Source: Octopus bimaculoides (taxonomy: Eukaryota). Taken from it: DNA of 64,000 bases. The stretch is from the NCBI RefSeq assembly GCF_001194135.2, contig NC_069005.1, forward strand, positions 11,497,959 through 11,561,958. Direction: 5' to 3'. Below are positions 11,557 to 24,645 of this stretch, piece by piece; within the stretch, counting starts at the first letter, position 1; each line of letters starts with the position of its first letter. A model generated the notes under the pieces. The model did not search any database and was not told where the DNA came from. It saw only the letters and a program-made list of their open reading frames with translations. A program made the position numbers and the translations under genes.

Positions 11557-13412
11557 NNNNNNNNNNNNNNNNNNNNNNNNNNNNNNNNNNNNNNNNNNNN
11601 NNNNNNNNNNNNNNNNNNNNNNNNNNNNNNNNNNNNNNNNNNNNNNNNNNNNNNNNNNNNNNNNNNNNNNNNNNNNNNNNNNNNNNNNNNNNNNNNNNNN
11701 NNNNNNNNNNNNNNNNNNNNNNNNNNNNNNNNNNNNNNNNNNNNNNNNNNNNNNNNNNNNNNNNNNNNNNNNNNNNNNNNNNNNNNNNNNNNNNNNNNNN
11801 NNNNNNNNNNNNNNNNNNNNNNNNNNNNNNNNNNNNNNNNNNNNNNNNNNNNNNNNNNNNNNNNNNNNNNNNNNNNNNNNNNNNNNNNNNNNNNNNNNNN
11901 NNNNNNNNNNNNNNNNNNNNNNNNNNNNNNNNNNNNNNNNNNNNNNNNNNNNNNNNNNNNNNNNNNNNNNNNNNNNNNNNNNNNNNNNNNNNNNNNNNNN
12001 NNNNNNNNNNNNNNNNNNNNNNNNNNNNNNNNNNNNNNNNNNNNNNNNNNNNNNNNNNNNNNNNNNNNNNNNNNNNNNNNNNNNNNNNNNNNNNNNNNNN
12101 NNNNNNNNNNNNNNNNNNNNNNNNNNNNNNNNNNNNNNNNNNNNNNNNNNNNNNNNNNNNNNNNNNNNNNNNNNNNNNNNNNNNNNNNNNNNNNNNNNNN
12201 NNNNNNNNNNNNNNNNNNNNNNNNNNNNNNNNNNNNNNNNNNNNNNNNNNNNNNNNNNNNNNNNNNNNNNNNNNNNNNNNNNNNNNNNNNNNNNNNNNNN
12301 NNNNNNNNNNNNNNNNNNNNNNNNNNNNNNNNNNNNAATTTAAATTTTCATGTCTTTTTTTTAATTCTCATTCTCAGATTTGTAAATTATGAAAATATTT
12401 CATCTTTTGTTAAACTGTAATTTCTCCCAATACAATAAATAAATAAATAAATATATAAATAGTTAAATAATAAAGCATAAAAAATAATACAATAAAAACG
12501 GAAAAGGGAGAAGCAAAAATCATTTAAAATCTAAAATAGAAATTAAAATCTGATATTCTCGTTGTTGCACACAGGCATCATCATCATCATAATTACCATC
12601 ATCAACAACATTGAACAGGCAGTGCCCCAGTATGGCTACAATCTAATGACTGAAACAAGTAAAAAAAGATAAATCATTGTTATAATATTGCCTATTTAAA
12701 TTTATTATTTATTTCACAGTAACACATATGAAAAGAGGTCTGGCTTTGATCGACCCTTTAATGTTTAAACCAGGTCCAAATTTTCTGTTTCATGTACAAA
12801 CTGGCCAGATTCAACCTCTCACACCTACCCTACTATGTCATTCTAAAAATTATACAATGATCATTGAAATCTCAAAGCTATGAGATAATTCATGTTAAAT
12901 TGAAACCAATTTGAATAAATACGCATTATATCTGACAGATGTTTGAATAATTAGATATTTCAGCTTGTAAATTTAGTTCAGTCTCATCCTGAACACAACT
13001 GCTATTCAATAAACACATTTTTTCATCTCATCCTTATGTGCTCAACACAGTTTCAATCTCAGTTCGTATATCTACACAGTACCCTTTCCTGCTCATGATC
13101 GTAAGGATGCAAGATTGGTTCCTGGTGGCATGTCGTGTCCTTCAGCAAGATGCTTTATTTCACAATGCTCAAGTTCACTCAGCTGGCAAAAACGAGTGGT
13201 ACCTGTAATTCACAAGGTCCAGTCTTGAGACATTCTGTGTCATGCTGAATTTCCCTGAGAACAACATTAAAAGTACACATCACCGTGGAGTGCTCAGCCA
13301 TTTGCATGTTAATTTTGGTCTGGTGATTGCATTGACTGGAATACTCATAGTAATCCTACCTTGCTCACACTATTTCTTATTACCAGAATAACCACTGCTG
13401 CTCCATACCATT

Positions 13413-13735
13413 GAAAATTAGAGAAACTTTCCTCGATGGTCATTTGACATACAAGAAACAGTGAAGATTAGAGAAGTTCTACCTGGTGGTCATTTGATGT
13501 TCAAGAAACTGCAGCCAAATAGGTCTCAGTGAAGATTAGAGACACTCTTTTTGGTGCTCCTATGACATGCATAAAATTGCAACCAAATTATCCTCAGAGA
13601 AAACTAGAGGAGTTATATCTGGTGGTCATTTGATGTGTAGGAAATTGCATCCAATTTGTACTCGGTGAGTATTAGAGAAGCTCTGCTCAGTTGTCATTTG
13701 ATGTGCAAGAAACTGTAGCCAAATTGTCTCAATGG
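13413..13735. repeat. 68-bp minisatellite (about 4.5 diverged units)
   Basis: Unit starts GTGAAGATTAGAG-like at 13461, 13529, 13597, 13665 (period exactly 68), with a shorter first unit at 13413. Confidence 0.9.
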
Positions 13736-14479
13736 AATCAAATCTATATAAATAGAAATGTCTATTTAATTCTAACAGCACACTGTCTGAATAAAAACCA
13801 GGATGGTCGCAGGTGCATTGGTTTTGACCATGGGTTTATTATTTCAGCCAGAGCTGACATATGACTACACAACAGCAACTTTCCAAATAAACAATTCTAC
13901 AGTTANNNNNNNNNNNNNNNNNNNNNNNNNNNNNNNNNNNNNNNNNNNNNNNNNNNNNNNNNNNNNNNNNNNNNNNNNNNNNNNNNNNNNNNNNNNNNNN
14001 NNNNNCCTATCTAGCTGTCTAATGAGTCAGGTTTAGGCTATGAGTCTACAAAACTTTAAATTGCATGGAGCTGAGTCAAACTGTTATTAAATAATATATG
14101 TAACAGCAACAGTTTCTCTAATTACGTCTCTAATTTTGTATAGTTTCTTTTTTAAATTTAAAAAATATATTTACTTTTTATCTGATCAACTACATCTTAG
14201 TAAATGGTAGCAGTTATTGACCTCACTTCCCTGTTCTAGAAAGAGTAGAAGGTAGGTCAATGGATTAAAAGGACAGATAAAGGGCACTGTCCTTTCAACT
14301 GGAAATTAGACAAGAACATATAACATTAATACCAAAATATGAGATATAAACAGGTATATGAGGATAATGAAATGTAGACAAAAATGTTGTTTTTTGAAGA
14401 AAACTTTTATCTACGTACATGCATTGATATATTGTGGCAGTGAACTGACAAGAGAAAACTATATATCATTCATATAGGT

Positions 14480-15000
14480 TTGATGGGTTTGCCCCAGTAC
14501 AGCACCCTGCCACTTGTTGCAGATCTTTGTTGAATTTTTCATAGGGTCCAGTACTCTGAAATCAACCTTTGTCATTTTTTTCTCATGCTGTTTTACTTCC
14601 ACAAATGACCTTCCATTGAAACAGCTTCATCTTTCTTCATGTGTCCATACCTTACAAACCATTGTCTCTCTTTTTCTGACTACAGCTGATATTGCAAATA
14701 CATTTATACATCAGTGCTCAGGCAGCAGCTCTTTTCATTTCCAAACCATTGGCACATGCACTATGATTTGCCTGAAATACTCTCAGCCTTTGCACACCCT
14801 CCACATTTCCACATTCAGTGCACAGATATTGCTCACAACCATACAATATCACACTTTGCATACCAACATCATACAATTTGCCTTTCATGTGGACTTTAAA
14901 AAAATTTCTCATTTGGTATTCAGGTGTGCATTTAGCCTACCAAGGTGGGTTGAACTCTCAGCTATGGCAAAGAAAACTAACTCAGAAGGTAAAGAACTCC
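14480..15000 (-). mobile_element. Decayed RTE-like LINE 3' coding fragment
   Basis: Minus frame KGKLYDVGMQSVILYGCE resembles the KxxLYxAxVxSxLLYGSE C-terminal LINE motif; multiple frameshifts. Confidence 0.6.
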
Positions 15001-15462
15001 AATAGAAAAGCACGAGGTATATTGTTCATTGGGTCTGTAACAAACATATGTGCCAACTTTCTGCTCTCGGCATTTCCCAAAAGTGTGGCTGGTCCTTCAC
15101 CATTGAAAACAAAACCCTTCTGTGAGTAGCCTAACAGTTATAATATTGGCTATTGGACATCAAGACCTTAATGAGAATCCACTACATACACACACACACA
15201 CAAATATACATACATATATATTTACATACATGCATACACAGATAATGGCTTTCACAGTTTCCATCTATCAATTTCCCTCACAAGGTAGGTGTTAGTCAAC
15301 TTGAGAAACTTGCCCAAGATGTCACAGAATGGAACTGAACCCAAAATTACATGGCTGCAAACCAAATTTCTGAACCCTGTGCCCTTGGACTTTAAAAAAC
15401 AAAAAAATCTCCCTGCAAATACAATGTTATAAAAAGCTTATCTGCAGACAATCAACTGAAAC

Positions 15463-15504
<42 letters not shown>

Positions 15505-16019
15505 CATAGAAGTATCATTCTAATAACAAGGTTATAAAAGAAATTAAAATTCTCTACACACTGAACTGAAAGGGTCTGCTACTACTGGCCTTACATATCA
15601 AACAGTCATATATACTGAATCTACTGTATCAGAGAATGTGATATAAAATTGGTTTCATTCATAGAAAATAAAATTTTCTTTCTCCCTCTCTCTTTCATAC
15701 AAATATTCTTTGCCAATTAAATTCCTTTAAATTTTTAAGTTTCTGCAGCACTACATGACTAGAGAAGTCCTCAGACAAAACAATATGTGGATATTAGTTT
15801 GTTTCATAAATTCACTTTTTTTTTCATTTATTTCAATCCTTTTGAAAGTTATTTGAATTAATATGAAAAATATTTTTTTTTGTACTGTTTTAAAGGTTTT
15901 TAACATTTTTTGTAGCACTACTCTTTCTCTACATGTTCTGTTCATTGTTTTTAAGTTTTGAATACATTTCATCTGTTTTCAAACATATGATAATGGAATG
16001 TTGAATAGAAAAAAAAATT

Positions 16020-16530
16020 TTAATGAGCATTTTTGACCCCTGCTTCTCTTCACTTTCAGTCAAAGTTCCAAAGCTTCCAATGTTGCCAAAACTACCCATG
16101 ACATTAGTACTATGTACAGAGAAAGTGCTATTACTAAAAGAACTGCACAGAAATGGCTTGAGGCTTGAAGGAAGGGAAACTCAACTTCACAGACTCTCTG
16201 AATTCTGGCCTACGTGCTCAGTTCAATGAATATCAAATGAATGAGGTAATCCATGAGGATCTGTGCCAATCCACTTGGGAATTTACCCAGCCGATGAGAT
16301 ACTCTCATGATACCATTGCCAATCACTTTTACTCAATAGAAGCAATACAGCTGAAATGACCAGACTGGCAAGACAGGATGCTTTTTCATTGCTATCCAAC
16401 AGTTTGAAGGACATTTTGTTCAACAACAACATGGAATTGAAAATGTAGCTCAGTAAAGTTTTTTAATCAAACTTGTGGAACATTAGCAAGAAATTGTGAA
16501 CAATGAAGGAGAGAGTGTTATTGGATGATT
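16020..16530 (+). mobile_element. mariner relic with internal deletion
   Basis: NEHFxPLLLF...AITKRTAQKW, then DSLNSGLRAQFNE...QSTWEFTQ..SHDTIANH (HTH region), joined directly to C-terminal ...EIVNNEGE. Confidence 0.75.
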
Positions 16531-16971
16531 TATTAAAACTTGATGACAAATAAGGATTAAAATAAACAGGAAAAGGGAAAACCAGAGAAAAGAATATACA
16601 CAAGACAGCTATATATTCTTATAATCTCTCTAGATACTTGATGAGATAGGTTCATTCTTTGAGCCTACAAAAGTTTAAGTTGCTTGGAGCTGAGTCAGGC
16701 TGTTATCAAATGATATATGTAACTCCTACCAAATGTCCACTCACTCCTCGCTTGTGGATATATATTATATACACTCTTGGATTGGTTGGCATTAGGAAGG
16801 GCGTCCAGCTGTAGAAACCAAATCAGATTGGAGCCTAGTGCAACTCTTCAGTTTTCAGTCAGACCATCCAACCCATGCCAGCATGGAAAACGAATGTTAA
16901 ATGATGATGATGATATATGTGTGTGTATATATATATATANNNNNNNNNNNNNNGTTAAATGATGATGATGA

Positions 16972-17022
<51 letters not shown>

Positions 17023-17802
17023 GTATATATATAAAATATGTAAATATATAATTTTTTATATATATATATATGTATGTATGTGTGTGTGTATGTATATGTA
17101 TATATATGATCTCCAGTTGTGATTTGCACACACATATTACTTGGTCAAGTGTACCATGCTTTTGTTAAGTTGTTTAGGTGCCTGTTTAGTTGCAAACCAA
17201 TCATAGATGCACTCCTGACCTCATCTCACCCTTTCACCAAGGAAAACATCCAGGATGATGTGATGGATGAAGGGAGAGAGAAAGAGAGTGAGAGTGAGAG
17301 AGAGGGGGGAAAGAGATAGAGAGAAAGCAGGAGAGAGTGGGAAAGAGAGAGAGAGAGAGACAAACAGACAGAGAGAGGGGAAAGCTGCATAAGCATTGGT
17401 TCTGGTAATCGTTCCCAGATGAGTAGATTGGAGTATCATGAAGTAAAGTGACTTGCTCAAGGACACAATGCAAAATGGACTGCCTGGTGCAGGATTCTAA
17501 CCCATGACCTTTTGATCATAAGGTCAAATCCTGAAACACCAGGTCATAAAGACTCCACAGATACATACATACACACACATATGCATATGCATGTATGTAT
17601 GTGTGTGTATATATGTATACACACACACACACACATATATATATACATATACCAGGTGTGTTACTTTTAGGGTATGATGTCTGAAGGTAAATCATTGGCA
17701 ATCGATGGAAGACTCTTGAAATGTTGGATACAAAATGGCTTTGGTAAGCTTAATTCTTAATTTATCATCAAGAATAAGGAATGGTAAAGCTTTTGACTAC
17801 AT

Positions 17803-17836
<34 letters not shown>

Positions 17837-18044
17837 CGTTTTAACCAGGCATATGACAACCATTTTAATTCTATGCACATATACCCAAATGAGGGAGCCA
17901 CTACTAGTATGCATTTGACCTGCCAGAAATAGTAGCCAAATCTCCCTTATATTACATCCTGTGATTTTACAGAAAGGAAGGACAGATTGGATAATGAAGT
18001 CATAAATACTGTTTGAGTATATAAAAATAAATGAAAAATAAGTA

Positions 18045-18630
18045 TTGAGTTGTCAGATAAATTTGTTCATTTTTATCCAATGTTGTTTGATTTAACAAGA
18101 AAAATATTTTACCATAGTCTTTTAGGTTTGATTTTTTTTTGTAGCTCTATTCTTCTTCTAAAAATTTTGTTTATTGGTTTTAAAATGTGAATAAATGTTA
18201 TCACTTTTGTCGCATATGATGATGGAGCACAAAATAAAAAATAACGAGCATTTTCGACATCTGCTTCTTTTCCCAATGCTAATTGGACCAAAAATGCCAT
18301 TTAAGAGCTTGGTTGAGATGTTCTACCACACCCACTGCATTCTCCTGATATAGTGCCTTCAGATTATCACCTTCAGTTGTTCTCCAACAACCCCTTGCTC
18401 TCCAGCAATCTGTGAGATGTTTTGTTCAGCAACAATGTGGAGTGGAAAACATGGCTCAAGAAATTCTTCCAGTCAAGGCCCTGTGATTTTAACCATCGAG
18501 GCGTTAAGAACTGAGTGTAAATTTGGCAAGAAATCATGAACAATGATGGAGAATATATTATCGAATGATTTGTTAAAATTGTAGAAGAAAAATAGAATTA
18601 ATAAATGAATAAATTTATCTGACAATCCAA
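18045..18630 (+). mobile_element. Non-autonomous mariner (MITE-like) with both TIRs and TA target duplication
   Basis: TA|TTGAGTTGTCAGATAAATTTGTTCATTT ... AAATGAATAAATTTATCTGACAATCCAA|TA; internal NEHFRHLLLF fused to LPHPLHSPDIVPSDYHL (YSPDLAPSDYHL) and NNDGEYIIE*. Confidence 0.9.
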
Positions 18631-20055
18631 TAAATAAGATTAGATGACAACACATGGAATGTCTTTACTGGTAGGTTCTGCTCAACCGGGGCTGACCAGG
18701 GGTTAAACAACAACAGTGCATAAGTATGATCAATAATTGAATTGGCAGCAAATAAGATAGGAATTAAAACCAAGAATATTTGGTCTTTGGTTTTCTAGCA
18801 GTAAATCTGATACTATATAAATAGCCACAGCGTTACACATGACTAAATATCTACTTCTATAACAAAATATAGAAAAACTATTGCATCTATGAGATCTAAT
18901 AAAGAATCTACTCATTTTTGCGTATATTAATTAAATTAATTTATAAAGATGAGAAAAGAAAACAACACAAATGGAGACACAATAACTATAGTGCATAAAT
19001 ATTTTTAAAGCACCAATACTTGCCAAACCATAAATGATTGCATATATATGTATATATATACNNNNNNNNNNNNNNNNNNNNNNNNNNNNNNNNNNNNNNN
19101 NNNNNNNNNNNNNNNNNNNNNNNNNNNNNNNNNNNNNNNNNNNNNNNNNNNNNNNNNNNNNNNNNNNNNNNNNNNNNNNNNNNNNNNNNNNNNNNNNNNN
19201 NNNNNNNNNNNNNNNNNNNNNNNNNNNNNNNNNNNNNNNNNNNNNNNNNNNNNNNNNNNNNNNNNNNNNNNNNNNNNNNNNNNNNNNNNNNNNNNNNNNN
19301 NNNNNNNNNNNNNNNNNNNNNNNNNNNNNNNNNNNNNNNNNNNNNNNNNNNNNNNNNNNNNNNNNNNNNNNATATATATATATATACATATATGTATGTA
19401 TATTACTAACAATATATATTTACACACATATTAATATATACAGTGTCCTGATCTATTGATCATAGTAGGCAGTAGTTCACAAGTAAGAAAGAAATTGATG
19501 TTAAAATATATATATATATACACATATACCTATAAATATACATTTTTATTTACCATATATATATATATATTTACCCGATGTACTATATATTAACTAAAGT
19601 TTAATTGATTCCATTTCATGATCTGAAGTATTACCACTCAATAGGTAATCAATCCTATTGATGTTATCTCCTTGAATAACTAGCTACTCAATCCCAACAA
19701 TTTGGTTGGGAATTACTATGAAATGCCTGCAGTAGAATTGAACTCCCAACCTAAAAGTTTGTTAGTTGTCCAATATCTTATTCACTCAACTTTAAAATAT
19801 ATACAAATATATATATTAATAAATTATAGGGCAGCAAAAAAAATTTTAGAAATTTTATTTACCACCAGGGGTCTAGCGAGAATGAAAAATAAAAACATTT
19901 ACCAATCTATATTCCGTACCATGGTTTCAAGTCATTTTAGCAAGATAAAAATATACCTTACAAATTATCCCTATTTTTGTGGTATGTAGTCTTTTGCTGC
20001 TCTTTCTAGCGGGTCAGATGTCCTATTATAGGCATCTCTATATTTTAAATGAAGT

Positions 20056-20135
<80 letters not shown>

Positions 20136-20170
20136 TAATATATGGAAATACTAATAACAATGGACACTGA

Positions 20171-21046
20171 TATAAGCACAAGGCCATCGAGTTTTAGGGA
20201 GAGAATTAGTCAATATCACTGACCCCAGAATTTGACTGCTACTTTATTGAGCCTACATGGATGAAAGGCATAGCTGAATGGAGAACATAAAAGGATTTAA
20301 CAAAATACCACAAGGTATTTTGCTTGATACTAATTATTCTGCCAATCATGTGCCTTTAATAATGATCTAAAATTTTGGAACAAGGCCAGCACTTTCAGGT
20401 GTGGGGAAACAGTTGATTACATCAACCCCAGTGCTCAGCTGGTACTTATTTTATCGACCCTGGAAAGATGAAAGGCAAAGTTGACCTTGGTGGAATTTGA
20501 ACTCAGAAAGTAAAGACGGATAAAATGCCGCTAAGCATTTTGCCCAGCGTACTAACAATTCTGCTAGCTCCCTGCCTTAAGTGCGTTTCATAATGATAAT
20601 AATGATAATTCTTTGAAATTCTGGCACAGTCAGAAATTTTAAGGGGAGGAGTTAGTCAATTATTTTGATCTCACTGGTGCTTTCTTTTACTGAACCTGAA
20701 AGTATGAAAGGCAAAGTTGACTTCAGCTGGATTTGAACTTAGAATGTCATGAACCGGAAGAAATGCCACTAAACATTTTGTACAATGTGACAATAACTCT
20801 GCCAGCTCACTGCCTTTCAAAAATGTTTCAAATTATGGCACAGAGCCAGAATTTTTATTTTTTGAAGGAGGTGACCAGCCAAGTGCATTGACCCCAGAAT
20901 TTAACTGGTACTTTATTTTATCGAACTGAAAAGGATAAAGGCTAAGTCGACCTTGATAGCATTTGAACTCAGAATGTATACAGCCAGAAGAAATGCCAAT
21001 AAGCGTTTTGTCCGACGCATTAACAATTTGGCCAGCTCTTTACCTT
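20171..21046 (-). mobile_element. Four head-to-tail copies of the second SINE family
   Basis: Units at about 20171-20360, 20365-20580, 20615-20815 and 20820-21046. Further single copies at 26300-26525, 32680-32885, 33000-33140, 35240-35445 and 39380-39580. Confidence 0.85.
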
Positions 21047-21050
21047 AGTA

Positions 21051-21085
<35 letters not shown>

Positions 21086-21470
21086 CTAAGAATTATAAAA
21101 TGAAACAATCTTTCATAAAAAAAAATCTGAAAAAAAATGCAATTTTGTGTGTGTTTGTAAGTGTGTACGAGAGATTCTTATTGGTTTGTAATATAGCCAA
21201 CAGACTATTTTACTATCAGTCAGGTCAGAGGTGATGAACACTGCACTGCTGCCTAACAAAACTGCTAGACAAGTAACCCTTAGAAGAAGACTGATCCCTT
21301 ATATTGACCCATCAGTTTTGGAGATAGAAAGAAGTCAGGGCTGATCAATTCAGAAATATCAATACCAATATATATATATATACAAATTTTATACATATAA
21401 GTATACATTATATATATGTATATCTGTACATGTGTGTGCATGTGTATGTATGTGTGTGTATGGATCTATT

Positions 21471-21517
<47 letters not shown>

Positions 21518-22552
21518 CTCTCTATCTATATATATTATATGTATATGTAAATATCTATATAAAAAATACAAAATGGGACAAGAACACAAAACATCCAGAC
21601 AGTTAGGTGATACAAAAAAAGGGACAACAAAACATCCAGATAGATGATACAAAGAAAACAAGGATCGGTCATTCCGAGTTTTCTTTCCTCAGTCAAGTTC
21701 CAGATTACCTTGGCAATTTCGGCTGGTTTCACTTGAGATTGCTCCAATCTGGCCAGCCCCAAGGAAAAACTAAGCTAAGAGCATTACACACACATATGTA
21801 CATACCTATATATATAATATATTTCTTTCACACACACACACACACATAAATATATAGCTATAAATGTATATACAATATATAGACGTATGTATATGTATCT
21901 GCATGTGTGTGTCTGTGTGCGTATGTATGAGTGTGAGTGTGTGTGTGTAATATGAGTGATACAGTGCACTTTTTATTGGGTACAGACTGGACTGTTTTAT
22001 GTGTCATGTGATAATTACATAGTACACAGATCCAGGAGATTCTGGAACAAGACTATTCTTTGAGTTCAAGAATGGCCTAACGAGAATACTATGCAATTAT
22101 TGAATTAGCACAAAATCACCTGTCACTGATGACAATTCTATCTTAACAATTAACTGTATTATATGATTAAATGCAAACATCCCATATTGAGCACTTTTTT
22201 ATTATATGCATTGCATGTATATGTTTATATATATATGTCTATCTACTTACCTGTCTATCTATCTGTTGGTCTGTCTGTCTGTCTATCTATCTAACTATCT
22301 ATCTATCTGTCTACCTTTAAATATATATGTGTGCGTGTGTGTTACACAGACACTTATAGATATATGTATGTATGTGCGTGTGTCTGCATGTATGTATGTA
22401 TATATCTATGTATATTTATATATTATGTATGTGTATCTGGGTATACCAGTTCCTGTTGGGAGATACCAATTCCTGGATATACCAGTTCCTTTTCATTCAG
22501 ATTAAGCCACTCTTGATTGGAAATCATATATATATATATTTATATATATATA

Positions 22553-22629
<77 letters not shown>

Positions 22630-22631
22630 CT

Positions 22632-22920
22632 TATTCAAAAGAATTCCAACTCTGTTTTTTATGTTTTATTTATATTCATATAAAATTAATGTGGGATATA
22701 GAATATGGAATATATAATATAATATAAATAGTAAAATGAAATGAAGTATTGAATGTCTTATGGAATAGATGAAATATCGAATATTAAATATTAGATATTG
22801 AAGGACTAGTATACTTTTCTGCTTTCTAGCAGTCTTCAATGTCCCATGTGACATCCCACATTAATTTTATGAGAATATATATATAAAACATAAGAAAGAG
22901 AGTTGGAATTCTTTTGAATA
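22632..22920. mobile_element. Fold-back MITE (TA-flanked, ~65-bp TIRs)
   Basis: TATTCAAAAGAATTCCAACTCT...AAAATTAATGTGGGAT is inverted at 22854-22920, with a ~155-bp spacer. Confidence 0.75.
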
Positions 22921-23083
22921 ATATATTCCTCTATACACTATCATACAAACCCACCTTTTTTTAAAATTTATATATATATAATATTAAGAAAAAGGAGGTA
23001 ATCATGACTACCTACTTTTCCTTTATATATAAAATATGTACACCACTTCCAACAATCTACACACACACATACACATATATAAG

Positions 23084-23154
23084 CACAAAAGAATGGAGAA
23101 TTATATATTTTTCAACACATTGTGTTAAAAAATATAGTTTTCCATTCTTTTGTG
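23084..23154. repeat. 71-bp imperfect palindrome (hairpin)
   Basis: CACAAAAGAATGGAGAATTATATATTTTTCAACACA-T-TGTGTTAAAAAATATAGTTTTCCATTCTTTTGTG. Confidence 0.85.
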
Positions 23155-23355
23155 TTTTTCTACTATACTTATACTGAATTTAATCAGTGTATGAACTTTT
23201 GGATTAAGAAATTTGACAGGCAGTGGAATGTAAAGTTACTGACTATATAGATTGCAATGACTTTCTCTGGTTAATTTGGTTAGCCAAGTTTGCCTCATAC
23301 AGAGTGCTTAAAAAGTGTTTGCCTGGATTTTTAATCCCCTTTTCCTTCATGCATG

Positions 23356-23406
<51 letters not shown>

Positions 23407-23705
23407 ATGTATACATTGTATTTGTATTAATGATATGATTCAATATTCAGAAGTTGTTCTTAAACAAGAATCCAAAGAATCAGGTGTAATTTTATCAATT
23501 CTGTGAAACTTTAAATGANNNNNNNNNNNNNNNNNNNNNNNNNNNNNNNNNNNNNNNNNNNNNNNNNNNNNNNNNNNNNNNNNNNNNNNNNNNNNNNNNN
23601 NNNNNNNNNNNNNNNNNNNNNNNNNNNNNNNNNNNNNNNNNNNNNNNNNNNNNNNNNNNNNNNNNNNNNNNNNNNNNNNNNNNNNNNNNNNNNNNNNNNN
23701 NNNNT

Positions 23706-24007
23706 ATTGAGCAAAAACACCTAAAGCTCCACGAGGCTCTGGCAGGGGATGGTGGCGAACCCTGCTGTATTCTTTCACCACAACTTTCTCTCATTCTTAC
23801 TTCCTGTTTCTGTTGTGCCTGTAATTCAAAGGGTCAGCCTTGTCACACTGTGTCACTCTGAATATCCCCGAGAGCTACGTTAAGGGTACACGTGTCTGTG
23901 GAGTGCTCAGCCACTTGCACGTTAATTTCATGAGCAGGCTGTTCTGTTGATCGGATCAACTAGAACCCTCGACGTCGTAAGCGACGTAGTGCCAACAACA
24001 ACAAGAA
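23706..24007 (+). mobile_element. tRNA-Arg-headed SINE (head in gap)
   Basis: Body and (CAA)n tail match the other copies. Confidence 0.9.
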
Positions 24008-24612
24008 CAACTTATGTGACGTATACAAAGTGTACATACGCCAAACTACACCAGCATTTGTTCATTACTTTCAGTTGATATGCCATTTCTATTTGTTTTG
24101 GATGAATTAATTTGGATAAGACTATTTTACTCTTTTACTTCCAAAACTTCTTCTAAAGTTTTATTAAGCATTTTTATATAGGTTCAAAATTTATGATGAA
24201 GAAAGCAAAGAAGATGAAATGAAAGCAAGGTGTAATTATTAATTTGATGTTTGATGAGAGATTAAAAATCTAGAAGCGTCATTGGCATTTAAAGATTAAG
24301 CTCTTCCTCAGTCTGAGGAACGGAAAAATGTAGAGGAAGGAAACAAAATGTGAACAATGGAGACAAATAAGTTACTCTATATCATGTCATATTGAAAGTG
24401 ATGGACTCTGAATGACCAGAAGTGATGGAAAAGGAATGAAGTTTCATATACACAAGAAAAGGGTTAACAAAAAAATTTATAGTAATGCAAGGTTTGAGGT
24501 GTTTACTAACCCTAAAAGCACAGGAGGTGTGTGTGTTTGTGTGTGCATGTGTAGTTTTAGTATGAGTGCATGAACTTTATATTTGGACTTGTGTTGACTA
24601 TTGTTGACTAAT

Positions 24613-24645
<33 letters not shown>

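Noticed and set aside
14008-16727. ~100-bp similarity between 14008-14108 and 16626-16727
   Set aside because: Too short and diverged to distinguish local duplication from an unnamed dispersed repeat.
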